Below are positions 9,450 to 18,938 of a stretch of DNA of 46,126 nucleotides, one piece after another. The stretch is from Steroidobacteraceae bacterium (GTDB lineage: Bacteria > Pseudomonadota > Gammaproteobacteria > Steroidobacterales > Steroidobacteraceae), in the NCBI GenBank assembly GCA_035625955.1, contig DASPOP010000310.1, positions 1 to 46,126 of the forward strand, in the 5' to 3' direction. Position numbers and translations under genes: made by a program. How positions within the stretch are numbered: the stretch's first letter is position 1; each line of letters opens with the position of its first letter. The notes under the pieces are model-generated. The model saw only the letters and a list, made by a program, of their open reading frames with translations, was not told the DNA's origin and did not search any database.

Positions 9450-10624
9450 AGTTGCTGCGCATGACGGATGCGGACCTGCGCAACAAGCGGGTCCTGATCC
9501 GCGAGGACCTCAACGTTCCGGTGCAGGACGGCGTGGTGACGAGCGATGCGCGCATCCGCGCGGCTCTCGCCACGATCCGTTACGCGCTCGACCAGCATGC
9601 CAGGGTGTTCATCGTGTCTCACCTCGGGCGGCCCAAGGAGGGAGCGGACGATCCGGCGCTGACGCTCGCGCCGGTGGCGGCGCGGCTCTCGGAGCTGCTC
9701 GGCAAGCCCGTGCCGCTGCGCAAGGAGTGGCTGAGTGGCGTCGACTGCCCGGCCGGCACCGCCGTGCTGTGCGAGAACGTGCGCTTCCTGAAGGGCGAGG
9801 AGGCCGACGACGAGCAGCTGGCGCGGCGCATGGCCGCGCTCTGCGACGTGTTCGTCATGGATGCCTTCGGCACCGCGCACCGCGCCGAGGCCAGCACGCA
9901 CGGCGTCGCGCGCTTTGCGCCGGTGGCGTGCGCCGGGCCGCTGCTGGTGGGGGAGCTCGAAGCGCTCGAGCGCGCGCTGAAGCAGCCGGCGCGTCCGCTG
10001 GTGGCGGTGGTCGGCGGCTCGAAAGTCTCCACCAAGCTCATGGTGCTCGAAGCGCTGCTCGAGAGGGTCGACCAGCTGATCGTCGGCGGCGGCATCGCCA
10101 ACACCTTCCTCGCCGCCACCGGGGTGGCGGTCGGCAAGTCGCTGCACGAGGCCGAGATGCTCGACGTCGCCCGCCGCCTCATGGACAAGGCGCGCGCGCG
10201 CGGCGCGGAGATTCCACTGCCGAGCGACGTGGTGGTCGGCAAGGAGTTCGCGGCCACGGCGCACGCCGACGTGCGCCCGGTCGCCGAGGTACGCCCCGAC
10301 GAGATGATCCTCGACATCGGGCCCGACAGCGCCGACCGCTGCAGCGCGCTCATCCAGGCCGCGGGCACCATCATCTGGAACGGACCGGTGGGCGTATTCG
10401 AGTTCGAGCAGTTCGGCGAAGGTACGCGCGCCGTCGCACAGGCGATCGCGCGCAGCAAGGCTTTCTCGCTCGCCGGCGGCGGCGATACGCTCGCCGCCAT
10501 AGAAAAGTACGGGGTCGAGGACGGCATCTCCTACATCTCGACCGGCGGCGGCGCCTTTCTCGAGTTCGTCGAAGGCAAGACCCTGCCGGCAGTTACCGTG
10601 CTCGAGCAGCGGGCGGCGGGCTGA
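9446..10624 (+). CDS. pgk: Phosphoglycerate kinase
   Basis: [23 protein letters not shown] and [14 protein letters not shown] overlap with the gap stop. Confidence 0.97.
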   Translation: MKLLRMTDADLRNKRVLIREDLNVPVQDGVVTSDARIRAALATIRYALDQHARVFIVSHLGRPKEGADDPALTLAPVAARLSELLGKPVPLRKEWLSGVDCPAGTAVLCENVRFLKGEEADDEQLARRMAALCDVFVMDAFGTAHRAEASTHGVARFAPVACAGPLLVGELEALERALKQPARPLVAVVGGSKVSTKLMVLEALLERVDQLIVGGGIANTFLAATGVAVGKSLHEAEMLDVARRLMDKARARGAEIPLPSDVVVGKEFAATAHADVRPVAEVRPDEMILDIGPDSADRCSALIQAAGTIIWNGPVGVFEFEQFGEGTRAVAQAIARSKAFSLAGGGDTLAAIEKYGVEDGISYISTGGGAFLEFVEGKTLPAVTVLEQRAAG

Positions 10625-10642
10625 GGGCTTGAGGGGGCAGTC

Positions 10643-12082
10643 ATGCTGAGGCGCACCAAGATAGTGGCGACGCTCGGGCCCGCCACCGACGATCTCGAGG
10701 TGCTGACCGAGATGATTCGCGCCGGCCTCGACGTGGTGCGCCTCAACGCTTCGCACGGCACCGTCGGGGACCGCAGGCGGCGTCTGGCCTCGGCGCGCCA
10801 GGCCGCCCACCGCGCCGACCGCTGCGTCGGCGTGCTGCTCGACCTCGGCGGGCCGAAGATCCGCATCGAGTGCTTCCGCGAAGGGCGCATCGAGCTCGCC
10901 GAGGGCCAGGCCTTCACGCTCGATACCGCGCTCGAGCCGTCAGCCGGAACCATCGACAGGGTCGGGGTTGCCTACAAGGAGCTGCCGCGCGACGTCGCTG
11001 CGGGCGACACGCTGCTGCTCGCCGACGGCCAGATCGTGCTCGACGTCAAGAGCGTCGGTACGACGGCGATCGAGACGCGCGTGCGCGTCGGCGGCGCGCT
11101 CTCGGACCGCAAGGGGCTCAACCGGCAGGGCGGCGGCATCTCCGCGCCGGCGATCTCCGACCGCGACCGCGAGGACATCCGCTTCGTCGCCGAGGAAAGC
11201 ATCGACTACATGGCGGTGTCGTTCGCGCGCGACGCCGCCGACATCGAGGAGGCACGCAGGTTGGTACGGGCCGCCGGCGGCGATGCCCGCATCGTCGCCA
11301 AGGTCGAGCGTCACGAGGCGGTCGACAATCTGGCCGGCATCATCGACGCCTCGGATGTCGTGATGGTGGCGCGCGGCGACCTCGGGGTCGAGATGGGCTA
11401 CGCCGAGCTCACGGGCCTGCAGAAGACCATCATCCACGACACCCGCAACGGCAACCGCGTGGTGATCACCGCCACGCAGATGATGGAATCGATGATCCAG
11501 AATCCGGTGCCGACGCGCGCCGAGGTGAGCGACGTCGCCAATGCCGTCATGGACGGGACCGACGCGGTGATGCTGTCGGCGGAGACTGCCACCGGGCGCT
11601 ACCCGGTCAAGGCCGTCGAGGCCATGGCCCAGGTGATCGAGGGCGCGGAGAAGTACCAGTTGACGCATCCGCGGGCGCGGCAGCGCTCAGTCGAGGGCGT
11701 TTTCAAGGGAACCGAGGAAGCCATCGCGATGGCCGTCATGTACACGGCCAATCACATGAAGGTGCGCGCTATCGTGGCGCTGACCGAGTCGGGGGCGACG
11801 CCGCTGTGGATGTCGCGCATCCGCTCGGACATTCCCGTGTATGCCTTCACGCGCCACGAGGCGACCCGCCGCCGCGTGACGCTCTACCGCGGCGTCTACC
11901 CGGTGATCTTCGATGTGACCACCTCCCGCTCCACCGACGATCTCTACCGCGCGCTCTTTACGCGCCTGCTCGAGCTGAAGCTGGTCGACCTGCAGGACCT
12001 GGTGATTCTCACCAAGGGTGAGGCCTCCGGCGTGCAGGGCGGCACCAACTCCATGCAGATCCTGAAAGTGGTGCTCGACTGA
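10643..12082 (+). CDS. pyk: Pyruvate kinase
   Basis: RRTKIVATLGPA, VRLNASHG, MVARGDLGVE and ATQMMESM. 479 aa. Confidence 0.96.
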   Translation: MLRRTKIVATLGPATDDLEVLTEMIRAGLDVVRLNASHGTVGDRRRRLASARQAAHRADRCVGVLLDLGGPKIRIECFREGRIELAEGQAFTLDTALEPSAGTIDRVGVAYKELPRDVAAGDTLLLADGQIVLDVKSVGTTAIETRVRVGGALSDRKGLNRQGGGISAPAISDRDREDIRFVAEESIDYMAVSFARDAADIEEARRLVRAAGGDARIVAKVERHEAVDNLAGIIDASDVVMVARGDLGVEMGYAELTGLQKTIIHDTRNGNRVVITATQMMESMIQNPVPTRAEVSDVANAVMDGTDAVMLSAETATGRYPVKAVEAMAQVIEGAEKYQLTHPRARQRSVEGVFKGTEEAIAMAVMYTANHMKVRAIVALTESGATPLWMSRIRSDIPVYAFTRHEATRRRVTLYRGVYPVIFDVTTSRSTDDLYRALFTRLLELKLVDLQDLVILTKGEASGVQGGTNSMQILKVVLD

Positions 12083-12123
12083 CGGCCTTCGACCGCCGGC
12101 GCCTCCAGCGCTTCCTCACCTAC

Positions 12124-14520
12124 GTGGGCGCGGCGGCCGTGCTGCTGGTGGTCATCGCACTCGCCGTTCCGTTGGGGCTGCTGCGCGCCTCATTGCCGCG
12201 CCTCGACGGCGAGCTGCGCGAGGCGGGCCTCAAGGCGCCGGTGCGCATCAGCCGCGATGCGCTCGGTGTGCCGACGATCGAGGCTGCCAACCGCTTCGAC
12301 CTTGCCTACGGCACCGGTTTCGTCCACGGCCAGGACCGCTTCTTCCAGATGGACCTGTCGCGGCGGCTCGCCGCCGGCGAGCTCGCCGAGCTCTTCGGGC
12401 AGGTGGCGGTCGATCAGGACCGCAGGACGCGCCTCTTCAGATTGCGCAGCGTCGCGCGCGAGGTGCTCGCGGGAGCGAGCGAGCCGCAGCGGGCGCTGCT
12501 CGAGGCCTATGCGCGCGGCGTCAACGCCGGCCGCGCGAGCCTGCGCTCCCGCCCGTGGGAGTACTGGGTCCTGGGCGCGCCGCCTGCCGCCTGGCAGCCG
12601 GAGGACACGGTGCTCGTCACCTACGCCATGTGGTGGGACCTGCAGTCGGAAGACTGGGGCTACGAGCGGCTGCGCCAGGAAGTGAACGCACGCCTCGGCG
12701 GCCCCGAGTGCAGCGGCGGATGGAAGTGCGCACTCGGCTTCCTCTATCCGGAGCGAACCGAATGGGACGCGCCGGTGGGGACGGAAGCGCCGTTCGCTCC
12801 TGCCGCGTTGCCGCCGCCTGAGGCGCTCAACGTCCGGGATGCGCACCCGGCGCCGGCGGCGCACAGCGCGCGGGCCGCGCACGCGTCCGCGGAGGCCGAC
12901 AGCAGGGCGGGCAGCAACAACTGGGCCCTGACCGGGCGCCTCACGGCTACCGGGGCGGCAATGGTCGCCAATGACATGCACCTCACGCTGCGCGTGCCGG
13001 CGGTGTGGTATCGGGCGAGGCTGCGGGTCACGGGCATGGGTGCGGGCCCCACCGCCCTCGATCTCATCGGCGCGACGCTCCCGGGCGCGCCGCTGCTCGT
13101 GGTGGGATCCAACACGCACATCGCCTGGGGATTCACCAACAGCGCCGGCAATTGGATGAGCGTGACGCGCCTTCCCTGCACCGCCGTCGGTGCCGACGAT
13201 CTCACCACGGCCTCGGGCCGGCTTGCGCTCGCCGTGGCGCGCGAGCGCATCCACGTGAAGGGTGGCGCGGACGCCGAGCTCGAAGTGAAGTCCGGGCCCG
13301 CGGGGGTGCTGTGGCAGGCGGACCCGCAGCGGCAGAGCTGCTGGTTCATCGGCTGGCTGGCGCAACAGCCCGAGGCGACCAATCTCAATCTGATGGGTCT
13401 GGAGCAGGCGGCCACCGCGGCCGATGCGCTCGCGCTCGCCCCCGAGGTCGGCATTCCGCACGAGAATTTCGTGGTCGGCGATCGCGACGGGCACATCGGC
13501 TGGAGCATCTTCGGCCGCATCCCGAACGCCACCGGACCGGAGCGCGCGCTCGGCAGGATCGAGTGGACTACGGCGGCGAATCAGCCGCGCCTCCTCGATC
13601 CGCCCCGCGGGCGCATCTGGACCGCCAACGCGCGGGTGAGCGTCGACGGCCGGGAGCTCGCGCTCATCGGCGGGTCGGACGCGCAGCACGGCGCGAACTA
13701 CGTGCTCGGCGCGCGCGCACACCAGATCCGCGGCGACCTGTTCGCGCTGCCCGGGAACCTCAAGCCCATCGACATGCTGCACGTGCAGCTCGATGACCGC
13801 GCGCTGTTCCTCGCGCGCTGGCGCGAGCTGCTGCTGCACCTGATCGATGATGCAAGCTTGCGCGCGCACCCCGGGCGTGCCGAGTTCCGCCGCCTGGTGG
13901 AGGCGTGGGATGCGCACGCCGGCGTCGATTCGGTGGGCTATCGGCTGGTGCGCAGCTTCCGCGACCAGACCCTGGAGGCGGCCTGGGACATGATCATCGA
14001 CGCGTTGGGCATACCGCCGGAAGACGACGTAGGTCCGCCCGCGCAGTTCGAGAGCCCGCTGTGGCAGATGGTCAGCCGCCAGCCGCAACACCTGCTGGCG
14101 CGGGAGTACGCCGACTGGCCGGCGTTCCTGAACGCCGAGCTCGACACCGTCATCGCCGCTCTTGGCCACGAGTGCCCCGAGCTCGCCAAGTGCACCTGGG
14201 GGAAGCGCCACGTCGTGCGTGTCCGCCATCCACTCTCCGGGGCCCTGTCCGCGCTCGCGGGATTGCTCGACATGCCGGCCCTCGAGCTGCCGGGCGATGC
14301 CCACATGCCGCGCGTGCAGCAGGTCGCCTTCGGCGCTTCGGAACGCTTCGCCGTATCTCCGGGCCACGAGCAGGAGGGTTACTTCCTGCTGCCGGGCGGG
14401 CAGAGCGGCCACCCGCTGTCACCCTATTACCGCTCGGGGTTTCTCGCCTGGGCCCACGGCGAGCCGCAGCCTTTCCTCCCGGGTCCCACGCAGCACACAC
14501 TCACCCTGAAACCCAACTGA
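12124..14520 (+). CDS. Penicillin/acyl-homoserine-lactone acylase family protein (Ntn hydrolase)
   Basis: Self-processing site and nucleophile motif AGSNNWALTG, followed by ANDMHL. N-terminal membrane anchor or signal AAAVLLVVIALAV. 798 aa. The GTG start is uncertain because the in-frame upstream residues RRRLQRFLTY look like the basic part of a signal/anchor. Confidence 0.85.
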   Translation: MGAAAVLLVVIALAVPLGLLRASLPRLDGELREAGLKAPVRISRDALGVPTIEAANRFDLAYGTGFVHGQDRFFQMDLSRRLAAGELAELFGQVAVDQDRRTRLFRLRSVAREVLAGASEPQRALLEAYARGVNAGRASLRSRPWEYWVLGAPPAAWQPEDTVLVTYAMWWDLQSEDWGYERLRQEVNARLGGPECSGGWKCALGFLYPERTEWDAPVGTEAPFAPAALPPPEALNVRDAHPAPAAHSARAAHASAEADSRAGSNNWALTGRLTATGAAMVANDMHLTLRVPAVWYRARLRVTGMGAGPTALDLIGATLPGAPLLVVGSNTHIAWGFTNSAGNWMSVTRLPCTAVGADDLTTASGRLALAVARERIHVKGGADAELEVKSGPAGVLWQADPQRQSCWFIGWLAQQPEATNLNLMGLEQAATAADALALAPEVGIPHENFVVGDRDGHIGWSIFGRIPNATGPERALGRIEWTTAANQPRLLDPPRGRIWTANARVSVDGRELALIGGSDAQHGANYVLGARAHQIRGDLFALPGNLKPIDMLHVQLDDRALFLARWRELLLHLIDDASLRAHPGRAEFRRLVEAWDAHAGVDSVGYRLVRSFRDQTLEAAWDMIIDALGIPPEDDVGPPAQFESPLWQMVSRQPQHLLAREYADWPAFLNAELDTVIAALGHECPELAKCTWGKRHVVRVRHPLSGALSALAGLLDMPALELPGDAHMPRVQQVAFGASERFAVSPGHEQEGYFLLPGGQSGHPLSPYYRSGFLAWAHGEPQPFLPGPTQHTLTLKPN

Positions 14521-14530
14521 CTCGGCGCAA

Positions 14531-14577
14531 GTGACGGCGTCGGCGCCCCGCGGGACAGGGCGCGCGACGCCCGTCAC
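14531..14577 (+). terminator. Long imperfect GC hairpin after the acylase gene (possible terminator, no U-run)
   Basis: GTGACGG-CGTCGGCGCCC ... GGGCGCGCGACG-CCGTCAC forms an approximately 18-bp stem with one bulge, 11 nt after the stop codon. Confidence 0.4.
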
Positions 14578-14624
14578 ACGGGGTTCAGGGCGGCTGGTTC
14601 CATAATAGGAGCCGGATAGGATCA

Positions 14625-15827
14625 ATGGACGGCTTCGGCGAAACCGGAATCTGGATGGGCGATCGGCCGACCGTCGGCCTGGTGCTGACGGGCGGCGGCG
14701 CGCGCTCGGCTTATCAGGTGGGCGTGCTGCTCGCCCTCGCCGAGCTGTTGCCGCGCGCCCGCAACCCGTTTCAGGTCATCGTCGGCACCTCGGCGGGCGC
14801 GGTCGCGGCCAGCGTGCTGGCGGCCGAGGCGCATCGCTGGCGGCGCGCGGTCGCGGGACTCGAGCGCGTCTGGGCCAATTTCCGCTCCGGGCAGGTGTTT
14901 CACGTCGACGCGCCGCACATGCTGCGCGCGGGCGCGCACTGGGTGCTCGCGCTCATGTCCGGCGGACTCGTGCTCTCGCCGCCCAGATCGATGCTCGACA
15001 ACACGCCGCTGCGCGAGCTGCTGCATCGGCACGTCGACTGCGCCGGCGTACGCCGCAGCATCGCCCGCGGGCACCTGCGCGCCTTTGCCCTGTGCTCGAC
15101 CAGCTACGTGAGCGGCCAGTCGGTGGCGTTTTTCGACGGCGTCGAGGCGATCCGCGACTGGTCGCGCGCGCAGCGCGTCGGCCGCCGCTGCGAGTTCAGC
15201 CTGGATCACCTGATGGCGAGCGTGGCGATTCCGCTGCTGTTCCCGCCGATGAAGATCGACGACGAGTTCTTCGGCGACGGCGCCATGCGCCAGTTGAACC
15301 CCCTGAGCCCGGCGATCCACCTGGGCGCCGACCGGCTGCTGATCATCGGCGTCCGCGCCCGGCGCGCCGCCGGCGTCAGCGTCGATCGCCTGCAGCCCAG
15401 CATGCCGACGCCGGGCGAGATCTTCGGCTACATGCTCGACACCCTGTTCACCGACCAGATCTACGGCGACCTCGAGCAGCTCGAGCGCATCAACACCCTG
15501 GTGGAGAGCGCCCCCGATGCCGCCCGCGGCGAGCGCCACGTCGAGACGCTGATGCTCGCCCCGAGCGTCGATCCGCGCGAGATCGCCGCGCGGCACGTCG
15601 CCGAGATACCGCGCGGACTGCGCGCGCTGCTGCGGGTGATCGGCGGACGCGATGCCTCCGGGTCGCAGCTCGCGAGCTACCTGATGTTCGAGGCCGGCTA
15701 CACGCGGGCGCTCATCGAGCTCGGCTATCGCGACGCCATGGAGGCGCGCTCGGCGCTGGTGGCCTTCATGACGGGTGCCCGGCTGCCGGCGGTGCTGACC
15801 GCAGCCGGAGTTGCGCAGGCGACGTGA
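14625..15827 (+). CDS. Patatin-like phospholipase family protein (RssA-like)
   Basis: Oxyanion loop LTGGGARS, nucleophile elbow GTSAGA and catalytic Asp motif FGDGA. ATG 14655 is an alternative start. Confidence 0.88.
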   Translation: MDGFGETGIWMGDRPTVGLVLTGGGARSAYQVGVLLALAELLPRARNPFQVIVGTSAGAVAASVLAAEAHRWRRAVAGLERVWANFRSGQVFHVDAPHMLRAGAHWVLALMSGGLVLSPPRSMLDNTPLRELLHRHVDCAGVRRSIARGHLRAFALCSTSYVSGQSVAFFDGVEAIRDWSRAQRVGRRCEFSLDHLMASVAIPLLFPPMKIDDEFFGDGAMRQLNPLSPAIHLGADRLLIIGVRARRAAGVSVDRLQPSMPTPGEIFGYMLDTLFTDQIYGDLEQLERINTLVESAPDAARGERHVETLMLAPSVDPREIAARHVAEIPRGLRALLRVIGGRDASGSQLASYLMFEAGYTRALIELGYRDAMEARSALVAFMTGARLPAVLTAAGVAQAT

Positions 15828-15831
15828 TTCT

Positions 15832-15918
15832 ATTGGCGGGAAGCGCCTGCGGCGCTTGCCGCAAGCCAGCCCATCAGCAGGTTCGAACTCGCGGGCCAAG
15901 AGCGCGGTCTTGGCCCGC
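15832..15918 (+). repeat. REP/MITE-like composite element, copy 1 (ATTGG end + hairpin 1 at 15836-15862 + spacer + hairpin 2 at 15891-15918)
   Basis: Alignable end to end with the reverse complement of 22811-22898 and with 24168-24245. Both stems are maintained by compensatory changes. Confidence 0.8.
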
Positions 15919-16002
15919 TAACCAACGGGCGTGTCCGGGCCAGCAACGCGCGCCTGCGGCTGTCTGTTGTCTGCCGCAACAGGCCTGCGGCCGTTGCAGC
16001 TC

Positions 16003-16062
16003 GCGAGCAAAAGGCGCGACTTTTGCTCGCTCCGCAGGCCAACCTGGCAGCGCACTCGCTAT
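16003..16062. repeat. Partial or hybrid REP-like copy (hairpin-2-type stem GCGAGCAAAAG/CTTTTGCTCGC followed by GCCAACCT...GCGCACTCGC spacer homology)
   Basis: An 11-bp perfect stem with a 6-nt loop at 16003-16030. The following 30 nt match the spacer of copy 2. Further CGCCTGCGGC cores lie at about 15948, 15983 and 16084. Confidence 0.6.
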
Positions 16063-16076
16063 GCAGCGTGGCGTAT

Positions 16077-16982
16077 TCAAGAGCCGCCTGCGGCGGCGCG
16101 CGGACGCGCCCGGAACATGCCGGCGTCCGGCAGGCCGCTGTGCCGCGCCGTGACGTTGGGGAACTCGGCGCCGAAGTCCTCTGCGAGCCGGTCCACGATG
16201 TAGACCGAGCGGTGCTGTCCGCCGGTGCAGCCTACGGCGACCGTGAGATAGCCGCGGTTGCTCGCCCGGTACTCCGGCACCCGCGCACGCACGAAGCCGG
16301 CGATGTCCGCGATCAGCCTGGCGACGTCGGTGCGCGTCTCGAGGAAGCGCACCACCTCGGCGTCGCGGCCGGTGAGGTTGCGCAGGCCCGGCTCCCAATA
16401 CGGGTTGGGCAGAGCGCGCGCATCGAAGACGAAGTCGGCGTCCCCGGGAATGCCGTCCTTGTAGCCGAAGGATTCGAAGGTGATCGACAGCCGCTCGGCG
16501 GCGCGCTGCTCGACGCGCTGGTGGATGATCTCGCGCAGCGCATGCACGCCCATGCGCGAGGTGTCGATAACCAGGTCGGCAGCCGACACCACCGGCTCGA
16601 GCAGCCGCCGCTCGAGCGCCATCGCCTCGCGCAGGTCGACGTTGCCGCTGCTCAAGGGATGCCGGCGCCGCGTCTCGGCGAAGCGCCGCAGCAGCTCGTC
16701 CTCGCCGGCGATGAGAAAGATCACCTCGACCTGCAGCCCGCTGCGCTTCAGCTCGTCGATCAGCTGCGGAACGCTGGCGATCTCGGCCGCAGTGTTGCGC
16801 GCATCGAGCCCGATGGCGGTGCGCTCATAGGTGGACTCGGGGCTGCGCACCGTGAAGGAGATGAAGGGCTTGAGGAGCGCCGCGGGGATGTTGTCGATGC
16901 AGTAGAACCCCAGGTCCTCGAGCATGTGCAGGGCGACGCTCTTCCCGGACCCGGACAAGCCGCTCAGGATGACGATGCGCAC
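16077..16982 (-). CDS. rapZ: RNase adapter protein RapZ (YhbJ)
   Basis: VILSGLSGSGKSVALHMLEDLGFYCIDN (P-loop) and C-terminal CTGGQHRSVY. GTG start. 301 aa, with a longer C-terminal tail than the E. coli protein as I recall it. Confidence 0.93.
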   Translation of the reverse strand: MRIVILSGLSGSGKSVALHMLEDLGFYCIDNIPAALLKPFISFTVRSPESTYERTAIGLDARNTAAEIASVPQLIDELKRSGLQVEVIFLIAGEDELLRRFAETRRRHPLSSGNVDLREAMALERRLLEPVVSAADLVIDTSRMGVHALREIIHQRVEQRAAERLSITFESFGYKDGIPGDADFVFDARALPNPYWEPGLRNLTGRDAEVVRFLETRTDVARLIADIAGFVRARVPEYRASNRGYLTVAVGCTGGQHRSVYIVDRLAEDFGAEFPNVTARHSGLPDAGMFRARPRAAAGGS

Positions 16983-17034
16983 GGGGGTATGTTATCCCTC
17001 CGGCGCCGTGCTTGCTAAGCGCGGCGGACGTGTT

Positions 17035-17355
17035 TCAGGAGCGCGTTGTACGCGCCGGACGCACCGCGCGGGGATTCGCGCGTTTTTCCTTGTGTTTCTT
17101 GATGGAGCGGTCGAGCTTGTCGGCCAGCAGGTCGATGGCCGCGTACATATCTTCCTCGGTCGCGCGGGCGTGGATGGCGTTGCCGCTCACGTGCAGGGTC
17201 GCCTCGGCCTTCTGTCGCAGCTTCTCCACCGTCAGTACACAGTGCACGTCGATGACGCGGTCAAAATGCCTGCCGATGCGCCCGAGCTTCTTCGCCACAT
17301 AGCCGCGCAGCGATGGAGTGACTTCGACGTGGTGCCCCGTGACGTTGAGCTGCAT
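17035..17355 (-). CDS. hpf: Ribosome hibernation promoting factor (sigma-54 modulation protein family)
   Basis: MQLNVTGHHVEVTPSLRGYV...MYAAIDLLADKLDRSIKKHKEK. Conserved position directly downstream of rpoN. Confidence 0.93.
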   Translation of the reverse strand: MQLNVTGHHVEVTPSLRGYVAKKLGRIGRHFDRVIDVHCVLTVEKLRQKAEATLHVSGNAIHARATEEDMYAAIDLLADKLDRSIKKHKEKRANPRAVRPARTTRS

Positions 17356-17406
17356 GGTCCGTCTCCTTTTGGTGGTTCTTCCGGTATTGAATGGGTCCTT
17401 GATACC

Positions 17407-18840
17407 TCAGAGCTGGTTCGTTCCGGCGCGCCGCCGCTCGCTGGAGGCGGGGATCCCCATGGCTTCACGGTACTTGGCGACGGTGCGGCGCGCCACCGAG
17501 ATGCCCTCACCCGAGAGCAGCTGGGCGATGCGGCCGTCATTCAGGGGGTTTTCCGGATCCTCTTCCTTGACGAGCTTGCGGATCTTGGCGCGGATCGCGG
17601 TCGAGGAAGTGCCGGAGCCGTCCGCCGCCTCGACCTGGCTCGAGAAGAAATAGCGCAGCTCGAACACCCCGCGCGGCGTGTGCATGTACTTGCCCGAGGT
17701 CACGCGCGAGATGGTCGATTCGTGCATCGCCACCGCCTCGGCGATGTCCCGCAGGATCATCGGCCGCATGTGCTCCTCGCCGTGCTCGAGGAACGCGGTC
17801 TGGCGCTCGACGATCGAGCGGGCCACCTTGATGAGTGTCTCGTGGCGGATCTCCAGGCTCTTCAGCAGCCAGCGCGCCTCCTGCAGCTGCGCGCGCATGC
17901 TGGCGTGGCTCGCGTTGCGGCCGATCAAGCTGGCGTAGCTCTGGTTGAGGCGCACGCGCGGCAGCGTCGCCGGGTTGATCTCCACGCCCCAGCCGTGGTC
18001 GGTGCGGCGCACGAACACGTCCGGCACGACGTATTGCGCGTTGCCGGCGCTCACCGTGGCGCCCGGACGGGGATGGCATGAGCGCACCAGGGCGAGCGCG
18101 CTCGCGATCTCCTCCTCGGTGGCGCGCAGCTCGCGCTTCAGCAGCGACAGCTCGCGCTCGGCGACCAGCTCGAGATGATGACGGGCGATCTTGAGCGCCG
18201 TGTCGAAGCCCGGCGTGGCCGGGTCGAGTTGCCGCAGCTGCAGCTCGATGCACTCACCCACCGAGCGGGCGCCGACCCCGGCCGGATCGAGCGCCTGTAC
18301 ACGCTCGAGGACGGCTTGCACTTCCTCGGCCGTGGCCTCGACCTCGGGGCGCAGCGTCTGCGCAATCTCCTCGAGCGACTCGGTCAGATAGCCGTCGTCG
18401 CTGATGGCGTCCACGATCGCGCTCGCGATCGCGAGCTCGCGCGGCGCCAACCTGGCGAGCTCGAGCTGCCACAGCAGATGATCCTGCAGGGATTGGCCTG
18501 CATCGTCGGCGTAATCCTGCTGACGCTCGTCGTCCTCGCCGCTCCAGGGCGTATCGGCAGGACCGGTGTTCTGCTGGCTCCAGGGCTCGTCCAGCACTTC
18601 GACGGTGCTTTCCCGGCGGCTCTCGGGCGGGGGCTGCGCTTCCGCGACGGCGACGACCTCGAAGGTGCCCGTGCCCTCGGTCTCCTCGAGGGGCTCGAGC
18701 ATCACATTCTTTTCCAGGAGCTCGCGGATATGAGCCTGCAGCTCGAGCGCGGGCAGCTGCAGGAGCCGGATGGCCTGCTGCAGCTGTGGAGTCATGGTCA
18801 GTTGCTGACCAAGCTTCAGCTGCAGTGAGGGTTTCAGCAT
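17407..18840 (-). CDS. rpoN: RNA polymerase sigma-54 factor
   Basis: N-terminus MLKPSLQLKLGQQLTMTPQLQQAIRLLQL and C-terminal RpoN box ARRTVAKYREAMGIP. Start trimmed to ATG 18840. Confidence 0.97.
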   Translation of the reverse strand: MLKPSLQLKLGQQLTMTPQLQQAIRLLQLPALELQAHIRELLEKNVMLEPLEETEGTGTFEVVAVAEAQPPPESRRESTVEVLDEPWSQQNTGPADTPWSGEDDERQQDYADDAGQSLQDHLLWQLELARLAPRELAIASAIVDAISDDGYLTESLEEIAQTLRPEVEATAEEVQAVLERVQALDPAGVGARSVGECIELQLRQLDPATPGFDTALKIARHHLELVAERELSLLKRELRATEEEIASALALVRSCHPRPGATVSAGNAQYVVPDVFVRRTDHGWGVEINPATLPRVRLNQSYASLIGRNASHASMRAQLQEARWLLKSLEIRHETLIKVARSIVERQTAFLEHGEEHMRPMILRDIAEAVAMHESTISRVTSGKYMHTPRGVFELRYFFSSQVEAADGSGTSSTAIRAKIRKLVKEEDPENPLNDGRIAQLLSGEGISVARRTVAKYREAMGIPASSERRRAGTNQL

Positions 18841-18938
18841 GGTGCCTTGTGAGAGAGCGAGAGCGTCCTGGCCCTCGGATACCAATTCGTAACTAACTGA
18901 AAAATAAAGCTTATCTATCCATGCGATCCGCTCGATCG

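Noticed and set aside
12190-14412. Very long antisense or out-of-frame ORFs: 12190-14412 (-), 30985-33816 (+), 9302-10810 (-), 22761-24089 (-), 35543-37201 (+), 39452-40948 (-), 14622-15899 (-), 45117-46007 (-), and many others in the track.
   Set aside because: Each lies opposite or out of frame to a gene with unmistakable family motifs. Their translations are Arg/Ala/Gly/Pro-rich low-complexity strings, typical of stop-codon-poor frames in very GC-rich DNA.
15879-15930. A tRNA-like T-arm string GGTTCGAAC and nearby stems in the patatin-rapZ gap (possible tRNA gene or att remnant).
   Set aside because: No cloverleaf can be drawn. The flanks of the TTCGAAC loop are not complementary. The adjacent 11-bp stem with a 6-nt loop is hairpin 2 of the repeat family, not an anticodon arm.
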